Assembly: GCA_042566005.1 (NCBI GenBank)
Contig: JBHORO010000002.1
Coordinates: 5,287 to 69,286, forward strand
Direction of reading: 5' to 3'
DNA length: 64,000 nucleotides
DNA from: Verrucomicrobiota bacterium
GTDB taxonomy: Bacteria > Verrucomicrobiota > Kiritimatiellia > Kiritimatiellales > JBHORO01
Shown here: positions 57,410 to 64,000 of the stretch, piece by piece
How positions within the stretch are numbered: the stretch's first letter is position 1
Layout of the letters: each line of letters begins with the position of its first letter
Position numbers and translations under genes: made by a program
Notes under the pieces: model-generated
What the model was told of the DNA's origin: nothing
Databases searched by the model: none
Seen by the model: the letters and a program-made list of their open reading frames with translations, nothing else

Positions 57410-58812
57410 AATACGATTACGACCTGATTTGCATTGGCCTTGGTCCGGCCGGGATGGCGGTTTCCATTATGGGTTCCGAGATGGGGCTGAGGGTTTGCGC
57501 GATCGAAAAGCACAAGATCGGCGGCGAGTGTATGAATTGCGGCTGTATTCCGAGCAAAGCGCTGTTGCGGATGGCTCAGTTTCGCCAGAACGTGGAAAAG
57601 CTGCCGCTGATGCAGCTGGCTGAGTTGCCGTTGCCTGCTCCGCAGAAGGAGCTGTTCGGCAAAATTCAGGGCGACCTCAAATTCATTAATGAAAAGAAGA
57701 CGCTCAAGATGTTCGATAAGGTCGATCTGATCCTCGGCGAGGCGGCGGAATTTGTGGATGCGCACACCGTCAAGGCGGGCGATCGTACGGTAACGGCCAA
57801 GCGTATCTTTATCGCCACCGGAACGAAGCCCCAGCTTTTGCCGGTACCGGGCCTGGCGACGATTCCGGATCTGCTGACAAACGAAAACCTTTTCACACTC
57901 GATGAGGTGCCGGAGAGTTTGATTGTGCTGGGTGGCGGCGCGATTGCGGCTGAGATGGCACAGGCCTTCCAGCGCCTTGGTTCTAAAGTGACCATGATCC
58001 AGCGCTCGCCGCATATTCTGTCGAAAAACGATCCTGAGGCCGCGGCAGTGGTTGAGGAGTCGCTACGCCAAGAGGGCGTGGACCTGAGGACCGGCACGAC
58101 GCTTAAAAGCGTGGCGCGGGTTGATGGGGGCGTGCAGGTGACGACCGATAAGGATGAGCAGCTCACCGCGCAACGCATTTTGGCGGCGACGGGTCGTTCG
58201 ATGAATTTTGACGCGCTTAAGTTGCAGCATGCCGGAGTTGTAACCGGCAGGCGTGGTGAAATCACGGTGAACAAACATCTGCAGACTTCGCGGAAACATA
58301 TTTATGCCGTGGGCGACTGCAACGGGTATTACCTCTTCTCGCATGCGGCAATGCATCAGGGAATGATTGCGCTGATGAATTCGATGATGCCGCTGAAGAT
58401 GGACTTCCGCAAATTTGCGGTGCCGGCCACGATCTTCACCGAGCCGCAGGCCTCTTTCGTGGGGTTGAGCGAGAAAGAGCTGAAAGAGAAGGGCATTCGC
58501 TACGAAACCCACATTTCCCGCTACGAAGATTATGGCGCGGCGATCGCGGAAGAGGTAAAAGAGGGGTTTGTGAAAGTGTTCTGTTCCTCACTTGGAAAGA
58601 TTTACGGTGCCGTAATCGTCGGCGAAGGTTCCGGCGAGATGATTAATGAGTGGGCGCTGGCAGTGCAGAAAAAGGTGCGCATGCATGAAGTCATGATGTT
58701 GCAGCACTCGTTCCCGACGATGGGGTTTTTAAGCAAGCGCGTAGCCGAAAACTGGATGATGGCGAAGATGAAAAATCCAGTACTGAAGGCTATGTGCAAA
58801 ATGATGTTTTAA
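57406..58812 (+). CDS. class I pyridine nucleotide-disulfide oxidoreductase (dihydrolipoyl dehydrogenase / glutathione reductase-like)
   Basis: FAD fingerprint YDLICIGLGPAGM; redox-active GGECMNCGCIPSK; NAD fingerprint LIVLGGGAIAAEM; C-terminal dimerisation domain. No MerA-type C-terminal CC pair. ATGA overlap with arsR. Confidence 0.85.
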   Translation: MKYDYDLICIGLGPAGMAVSIMGSEMGLRVCAIEKHKIGGECMNCGCIPSKALLRMAQFRQNVEKLPLMQLAELPLPAPQKELFGKIQGDLKFINEKKTLKMFDKVDLILGEAAEFVDAHTVKAGDRTVTAKRIFIATGTKPQLLPVPGLATIPDLLTNENLFTLDEVPESLIVLGGGAIAAEMAQAFQRLGSKVTMIQRSPHILSKNDPEAAAVVEESLRQEGVDLRTGTTLKSVARVDGGVQVTTDKDEQLTAQRILAATGRSMNFDALKLQHAGVVTGRRGEITVNKHLQTSRKHIYAVGDCNGYYLFSHAAMHQGMIALMNSMMPLKMDFRKFAVPATIFTEPQASFVGLSEKELKEKGIRYETHISRYEDYGAAIAEEVKEGFVKVFCSSLGKIYGAVIVGEGSGEMINEWALAVQKKVRMHEVMMLQHSFPTMGFLSKRVAENWMMAKMKNPVLKAMCKMMF

Positions 58813-59169
58813 ATGAAGGAGAAAAGCATGGCTAATACGAAAGAGATGATGGCGGAAATTCAGGGCAACATGGTCAAACTGGGCAAAAAGCACCCGAAGC
58901 TGACCAAAACTTTCATGCAGGAGCTGGTTCCGGCAACAACAAGTGACGGCGCGTTGGATCACAAAACAAAAGAGCTGATCGCTCTGGGTATTGCGATTGC
59001 AGGTAAATGTGAGCCGTGCATTGGTATGCACCTGATGAAATGCCTTAAGGCAGGCGTGACCGCTGAGGAGATCGCGGAAGTTTGTGGTGTGTCCGTGCTG
59101 ATGGGCGGTGGCCCGGCGCTGATGTACTCCGCAAAAACGATGGGCATGCTCGAAGATCTGACCTCGTAA
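58813..59169 (+). CDS. carboxymuconolactone decarboxylase / AhpD-like family protein
   Basis: KTKELIALGIAIAGKCEPCIGMH (CxxC in the AhpD-like position); 118 aa; starts the nucleotide after the oxidoreductase stop. Confidence 0.8.
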   Translation: MKEKSMANTKEMMAEIQGNMVKLGKKHPKLTKTFMQELVPATTSDGALDHKTKELIALGIAIAGKCEPCIGMHLMKCLKAGVTAEEIAEVCGVSVLMGGGPALMYSAKTMGMLEDLTS

Positions 59170-59213
59170 TCATTAGGCTATGTCGCGGTTTTACGCGGCT
59201 TTCAATAATGCAA

Positions 59214-59244
59214 AAGCGCGCAGGATTTCCCTGCGCGTTTTTTT
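59214..59244 (+). terminator. rho-independent terminator closing the redox operon
   Basis: cgcgcagg-atttc-cctgcgcg followed by a T8 run. Confidence 0.85.
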
Positions 59245-59359
59245 TGTTTTTGCCTGCAGCACACACTGGCTAAGTTTTGATTACATATAAAAAAGATTAC
59301 TCGCAAAGCTCGCTACTTTTAAAAAGATGTGTATAATTCGTGCTTAGCGTGGAGGATAT

Positions 59360-59470
59360 AAAAAAGCCCCGCCGCGAAGCGAGGCACCCCACAGAAGTAT
59401 GTGAGGAATAGGGACAAGCCCTTCGGCATTTAGCCTTATTGTGAAATGGCAGTTCTAATTCCATTTACAA
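59360..59470 (-). ncRNA. candidate tracrRNA, divergent from cas9
   Basis: The minus strand reads UUGUAAAUGGAAUUAGAACUGCCAUUUCACAAU-AAGGCUAAAUGCC-GAAGGGCUUGUCCCU-AUUCCUCACAUACUUCUGUGGGG-U-GCCUCGC-UUCGCG-GCGGGGC-UUUUUU. This gives an anti-repeat ending ...ACAAU followed directly by an AAGGCU nexus-like motif (as in Spy/Nme tracrRNAs). It continues with two further hairpins and a 7-bp GC-rich terminator stem plus U6. Its own promoter lies upstream. Confidence 0.7.
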
Positions 59471-59475
59471 GAAGA

Positions 59476-59504
59476 TTTGTATGAACTTTAGAGAAGTAAG
59501 TCAA
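59476..59504 (-). promoter_or_regulatory. candidate promoter of the tracrRNA
   Basis: Minus strand TTGACT (59504-59499), a 17-nt spacer, then TACAAA (59481-59476). The predicted start is near 59469-59470, the first nt of the anti-repeat. Confidence 0.5.
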
Positions 59505-59527
59505 TGCGAAGTTGAGAGGAGCGGGTA

Positions 59528-62500
59528 ATGGCAAAACGAATTCTTGGGTTGGACTTGGGTACAAATAGCATTGGTTGGGGTGTTGTTGATGATTTGGGCA
59601 ATGGTCAGTTTGAGCTGCTAAAGCGCGGTGTGCACATTTTTCAGGAAGGCGTGAAAATCGAAAAAGGGAATGAATCATCCAGGGCGGCAGAGCGGACTGG
59701 ATATCGATCGGCCCGCCGTCTTAAATTTCGCCGCAAGCTTCGCAAGGTTAGGACGCTCAAGGTGTTGTCGGAGGCTGGGTATTGTCCTCTCTTGAGCGCA
59801 GAGGAGCTGAAGGCATGGCAGTCGAAAAAGGTTTACCCTTCCAATCAGGCATTCAGGGATTGGTGCAAAACATCAGATCCTAAAGAAGGCACAGGCGGTA
59901 TGTATGACAACCCGTACTATTACCGCTGGCTTGCGGCTACCGAAAAGCTGGATCTGGAAAATGAAGCGGATCGATTTAAGTTGGGGCGTGCCTTTTATCA
60001 TATGGCGCAGCGTCGGGGCTTTAAGAGCAACCGATTAGATACAACGCAGGAGTCTGACGGGGTCGTCAGTCAAAAGATCAGTACACTATCTGAAAAGATG
60101 AACGGCCGGAAGTTGGGTCAGTATTTTTGGGAGGATTGCTATAAGATCGGGAGGAAAATCAGGGAAGTTCACACTTCTCGCGACGACCATTATTTGGCGG
60201 AATTTAATTTTATCTGCGACAAGCAGGGTCTCTCCAACATCCTTAAAGAGGAATTATGGAAGGCAATATTTTACCAGCGCCCGCTGAAGTCTCAAAAGGG
60301 GTTGGTTGCAAGTTGTCCGTTTGAACCTAAGAAAAAACGCGTCCCGATTTCACATCCGCTCTTTGAAGAGTTCCGGATGTGGCAGACGTTGAATAATATA
60401 AAAATCAAGACGCTGGATGATGAGCGGTTGCGCTCGCTGTCGATCGAGGAAAGAGATCTGATTATCCCGCTCTTTTTCCGTGTCAGTAAAGCGCAGTTTG
60501 ACTTTAAGGATATTGCCAGGAAGCTGACGCCGCGCGGCCAGAAGTTCGGTTATGTGAGAGGGCGTGATTCGGATGCGCATGTCCTGTTCAATTACAAGGG
60601 CAATCAGTCGCTGTCGGCTTGTCCGTTTTCTGCCAAGTTGAAGAACTCATTTGGCGAGGAATATAAGCATGTGATTTTCGATTCCTATTGCGGGAACAAG
60701 CAGGAGAAAACAGGGAGAGTCAGAACGGCGGATGATATTTTGCATGAGGTATGGCATGTGCTGTTTTCGTTCGATGATGCGGAAAGGGTGCGAGATTATG
60801 CCCGGTGCAAATTGGGACTGGATGCTGAAGCCGCGGAGAAATTTTCCAAAATCATACCGAAACAGGGCTATGGGGCTTTGAGCTTGAAAGCTATCCGTAA
60901 GATTCTTCCCTTTCTGGAAAAGGGTCTTATTTATTCTCATGCCGTTTTCTTCGCCAACCTGGATGAGGTTATTGGTGCGGCGGCAATGAAAGCTGAAAAT
61001 CTGCATTCGGATATCGCGCGGCTGGTTAATGAGCACAATCATTATTGTGAGGAAGTTCGTTGTGTGAACGGGTTTGTTCGGGAATATAAAGCCAGCCCGC
61101 ACGCATTTGAACAGCAGTATGATTTGCGTGATGTGCGAGGGTTTGAGGCATGTCTGTCATTAGGGTTGAGGGGCTCTGCTTCGAGTATCTGCGAAAAGGT
61201 GCGTTTTCAGACGCTGGCAAATAACGGGAACGGCGAATATCTGGCAGTGAAGCGGCTGGATGAGCGGGTCGGGGACTATTTGATCGAGCGCTTTGGTGTC
61301 AGCTCTGGCGCGGTTAAAAAGTTGTATCATCCTTCGGCCATCGAAACCTATAAGCCCGCTCACAAACATTCCGACGGCAAATACTATCTTGGGGATCCGC
61401 GTATTTCCTCTATCAAGAATCCTGTGTTTATGCGCGCAATGCATCGGGTTAAGGCTGTGGTGAATGAGTTGTTGAAGCAGGGTATTATTACTGAACAGAC
61501 GCATATTCATATTGAAATGGCTCGCGAGTTGAACGATGCAAACCGGCGCATGGCTATAAAGACCTGGCAGCGTAAAAAAGAAACAGAGCGCAAAAAATAT
61601 AAGGCTGCGATTGAGGAGGATCTCAAGGGTCAGGGCATTGAGCGTGAGGCTTCGGACGCTGAAATTCTGAAGTATCAGCTATGGGAAGAGCAGCGGCATA
61701 TTTGTCCGTATACAGGGTCGATCATTAAGCCATCTGATTTCATCGGAGAGGATCCTAAATTTGATATTGAGCATACGATACCGCGGAGTCTGTCGTGCGA
61801 TAATTCCCAGGAAAACAAGACGTTGTGCGATCGCGGGTATAACCGCAACGAAAAGAAAAACCGTATTCCTTGTGATTGCCCGAACCATGCAGAATTTCTT
61901 CAACGTATTGAGCATTGGCAGGAAGAGGTTGATCGTCTGAATGCGCTCATTGAGAAAAAGCGCTCTGCGTCGAAAGGCGCGTCGACCAAAGAGGCAAAGG
62001 ACAGAATTATTCAACAGCGATTAGTGCTGGAGATGGATCGCAATTATCTGCGCGGAAAATATCGTCGTTTCACTATGACGGAGGTGACTGCTGGATTTAA
62101 AAACAGTCAGTTGGTTGATACGCGTATCATCACCAAATATGCCCGGCTTTATTTGAAAACGGTGTTTTCGACTGTATATACGGTGAACGGAAAAACGACT
62201 GATGATTTTCGGCGGTGCTGGGGTATTGAAAAGACTCGCGATAATCATGCGCATCATGCTGTGGATGCCATTGTGGCAGCCTGTGTCACACGGAGGAAGT
62301 ATGATGAGTTAGCCGAGTATTATCACAAATACGAAAGCTACGAACGGAATGATCCCTTGATTCCAAGAAAGCCTCATTTTCCTAAACCGTGGGAAGCTTT
62401 CACGGAGGACATGAAGAGCCTTAAAAACGAAATTCTCGTGTCGCACTATGCTCCGAATCACTTGCTCAAGCAGACGAAGAAACATGCCAAGGTGCGGGGC

Positions 62501-63385
62501 AAGGGTGTTGTTCAGCAAGGAAAGACCGCCCGTGGATCACTGCATAAGGATACGTTTTACGGTCGAATTAAGTCAGATGGAGAGGAAAAAACGGTTGTAC
62601 GAGTGCCTCTCGCATACAGTTCCTCTGGAGGGTTGTTTGGGTTCAAGAATATTGAGGATTTCGATCGTATAGTTGATCCGGCTGTTCGAGGGAAGGTGGA
62701 AGATGCCTTTAGTCAGCGCAGCCAGCAGGGAATAAAATTTATTGATGCATTCAAGGAACCTGTTTGGATGAATGAAGAAAAGGGAATTTCAATCAAAAAG
62801 ATACGGTGTCTTGTGGGAGGGGTTAAGAATCCAATTAAACTAAAATCTCATGAAATGCGGTCACCCTATGACCATAAGCAGCATTATTATGTACAGAACG
62901 ATAGTGTTCATCTGGTTGCCATTTACGCAGACGAAGCAGATGTTCGACATGTCGGATTTAGGGCATGGGACGTAGCAAAATATGGTCTGGATATTTCTGA
63001 ATCAATTCTACATAAGGGCAGGGCGCTGAGTTTGAAATATACGCTATGTTCTGATCAGCTGGTGCTTTTCTGTGAGCAAAGCCCTGCGGAGTTGCTTGCG
63101 CTTTGCGGAACAGATATGTGTAAACGGCTGTATAAGGTAAATGACCTGTCTATGGCTGCGTCTCGGATGGTGTTTCGGCACCATATGGAGGCGAGAGAAA
63201 AGGGAAAGGCTCTTGAGGAGAATAAAATCCAAAGAGGAACAAAATTTCCATCAAGAGTGGATTTTGAATGCCCGAATCCTCTGCAAAGAATCTCATATAA
63301 AAACATGAATGTGGCAGTTGAAGGCGTTGATTTTAGGCTGAATGTTCTTGGTGAAATTGAGTTTGTTGAGGATTCATTATGCTGA
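59528..63385 (+). CDS. cas9: CRISPR-associated endonuclease Cas9 (type II; II-C-like gene order as far as visible)
   Basis: RuvC-I ILGLDLGTNSIGWGVV (D9); Arg-rich bridge helix RSARRLKFRRKLRKVR; RuvC-II IHIEMAREL (E663). HNH is DIEHTIPRS...N...N (H749, nt 61772-61774); RuvC-III is HHAVDAIV (H910, D913). 1285 aa; SD AGGAG 8 nt upstream. Confidence 0.95.
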   Translation: MAKRILGLDLGTNSIGWGVVDDLGNGQFELLKRGVHIFQEGVKIEKGNESSRAAERTGYRSARRLKFRRKLRKVRTLKVLSEAGYCPLLSAEELKAWQSKKVYPSNQAFRDWCKTSDPKEGTGGMYDNPYYYRWLAATEKLDLENEADRFKLGRAFYHMAQRRGFKSNRLDTTQESDGVVSQKISTLSEKMNGRKLGQYFWEDCYKIGRKIREVHTSRDDHYLAEFNFICDKQGLSNILKEELWKAIFYQRPLKSQKGLVASCPFEPKKKRVPISHPLFEEFRMWQTLNNIKIKTLDDERLRSLSIEERDLIIPLFFRVSKAQFDFKDIARKLTPRGQKFGYVRGRDSDAHVLFNYKGNQSLSACPFSAKLKNSFGEEYKHVIFDSYCGNKQEKTGRVRTADDILHEVWHVLFSFDDAERVRDYARCKLGLDAEAAEKFSKIIPKQGYGALSLKAIRKILPFLEKGLIYSHAVFFANLDEVIGAAAMKAENLHSDIARLVNEHNHYCEEVRCVNGFVREYKASPHAFEQQYDLRDVRGFEACLSLGLRGSASSICEKVRFQTLANNGNGEYLAVKRLDERVGDYLIERFGVSSGAVKKLYHPSAIETYKPAHKHSDGKYYLGDPRISSIKNPVFMRAMHRVKAVVNELLKQGIITEQTHIHIEMARELNDANRRMAIKTWQRKKETERKKYKAAIEEDLKGQGIEREASDAEILKYQLWEEQRHICPYTGSIIKPSDFIGEDPKFDIEHTIPRSLSCDNSQENKTLCDRGYNRNEKKNRIPCDCPNHAEFLQRIEHWQEEVDRLNALIEKKRSASKGASTKEAKDRIIQQRLVLEMDRNYLRGKYRRFTMTEVTAGFKNSQLVDTRIITKYARLYLKTVFSTVYTVNGKTTDDFRRCWGIEKTRDNHAHHAVDAIVAACVTRRKYDELAEYYHKYESYERNDPLIPRKPHFPKPWEAFTEDMKSLKNEILVSHYAPNHLLKQTKKHAKVRGKGVVQQGKTARGSLHKDTFYGRIKSDGEEKTVVRVPLAYSSSGGLFGFKNIEDFDRIVDPAVRGKVEDAFSQRSQQGIKFIDAFKEPVWMNEEKGISIKKIRCLVGGVKNPIKLKSHEMRSPYDHKQHYYVQNDSVHLVAIYADEADVRHVGFRAWDVAKYGLDISESILHKGRALSLKYTLCSDQLVLFCEQSPAELLALCGTDMCKRLYKVNDLSMAASRMVFRHHMEAREKGKALEENKIQRGTKFPSRVDFECPNPLQRISYKNMNVAVEGVDFRLNVLGEIEFVEDSLC

Positions 63386-64000
63386 AGCGAACGGTTTACT
63401 TCGAGTCGGCGGCGCATCTGTCATTCAAGAATGGCCAGTTGGTTTATGCACCTCGCTCGGAAGGTGAGGTGCGGACGGTTCCGGTTGAGGATATTGGCTT
63501 CGTTGTTTTGGATCATCATAGTATTACCTTGTCGCTTCGCTTAATCGAAGAGCTGACCGCCAATAATGCGGCCATTGTCTTTTGCGATAAACTTCATCAC
63601 CCCGCGGCAATGAGTGTTCCTTTTGCGGGAAACACAACCCATGCGGAAACCTTAAGTGCGCAACTCTCCATCTCTGAGCCGCTGAAGAAGAACATCTGGA
63701 AACAGACGGTAGAGGCAAAAATTAGCAATCAGGCTGTCTTGCTAGGCAAAACGGGCTCAGGCGGTGTCGATGTGCTCCAGCGTTATGCGGGTAGTGTGAA
63801 GAGCGGGGATTCTGAAAACCGGGAAGGGGCCGCCGCTCGCGTTTATTGGCAGAAGCTGTTTGGCTGTGAGTTTCGGCGGGAACGCTATGGTGATGCTCCC
63901 AATCACCTTTTAAATTATGCGTATGCGATTCTGCGAGCCGCAGTGGCACGGTCACTGGTAGGCTCCGGGCTTTATCCAGCTATCGGCATTTTTCATCACA
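63379..64000 (+). CDS. cas1: CRISPR-associated endonuclease Cas1 (3'-truncated by the window edge)
   Basis: My own translation from the ATG at 63379: MLKRTVYFESAAHLSFKNGQLVY...PVEDIGFVVLDHHSITLSLRLIEELTANNAAIVFCD...ENREGAAARVYWQKLFG...NHLLNYAYAILRAAVARSLVGSGLYPAIGIFHH. This is a typical type II Cas1. It overlaps the cas9 stop by 7 nt and has no stop before 64000. Confidence 0.9.
   Translation, partial: MLKRTVYFESAAHLSFKNGQLVYAPRSEGEVRTVPVEDIGFVVLDHHSITLSLRLIEELTANNAAIVFCDKLHHPAAMSVPFAGNTTHAETLSAQLSISEPLKKNIWKQTVEAKISNQAVLLGKTGSGGVDVLQRYAGSVKSGDSENREGAAARVYWQKLFGCEFRRERYGDAPNHLLNYAYAILRAAVARSLVGSGLYPAIGIFHH

Noticed and set aside
59323-59483. A possible tracr-L-style self-targeting arrangement. 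The sequence 5' of the anti-repeat (minus strand ...CATACAAATCTTC) partly resembles the region around the plus-strand TATAAT (minus strand ...ATACACATCTTT), which would suggest Cas9 autorepression.
   Set aside because: The match is only about 10 of 12 nt, with mismatches at the repeat-proximal (seed) end. The predicted tracrRNA start excludes this segment and the PAM is unknown. It cannot be distinguished from chance.
59170-64000. Search for a CRISPR array or an isolated repeat within the window. This included treating the plus-strand sequence 59438-59470 as a lone degenerate repeat.
   Set aside because: No second copy of this or any other 25-50 nt unit with regular spacing was seen. The sequence is followed on the opposite strand by nexus, hairpins and terminator. 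That fits a tracrRNA anti-repeat better than an orphan repeat.

Overview
This window looks like an origin-proximal chromosomal segment of a moderately GC-rich bacterium. It is probably a member of the PVC superphylum; that is an inference from the DUF1549/DUF1553 + DUF1501 gene pair and the general protein flavour, with no search run. About 60 protein genes are supportable and most are housekeeping. They include: ftsK (frame-broken at a T7 run), a rodZ-like gene, pgsA, typA/bipA, gnd, pyrC, and dnaA-dnaN with a candidate oriC between them. There is also nusA-infB-rbfA-truB-ribF without rimP, feoB-feoA-like-feoC-like-rnhA, a 1206-aa hybrid sensor kinase, aroK and rpmH-rnpA-yidD-yidC. Polyamine genes are present (speA plus carboxynorspermidine dehydrogenase, with nspC 6.6 kb away on the other strand), along with a CDF transporter and four tRNAs (Gln-CTG, Phe-GAA, Gly-TCC, Asp-GTC). 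Accessory-looking parts are: (i) a visibly AT-richer minus-strand block at about 17.6-20.0 kb encoding hemerythrin, a four-Cys sensor kinase, DUF2164 and a small protein; (ii) a translationally coupled DUF1549/DUF1553 - DUF1501 - PPC-repeat secreted protein trio followed by an FkbO/Hyg5-like gene; (iii) an ArsR-linked thiol-redox operon; (iv) at the right edge, a type II CRISPR-Cas locus with a divergently encoded tracrRNA candidate, cas9 (1285 aa, all catalytic motifs present) and the 5' part of cas1. No CRISPR array, rRNA, transposase or integrase was seen inside the window. I found nothing I can defend as a wholly new system. The best leads are the tracrRNA/cas9 leader architecture, the uncharacterised DUF trio and the hemerythrin/Cys-rich kinase block. 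All calls come from reading the ORF translations and the DNA by eye; no database search or folding calculation was run.
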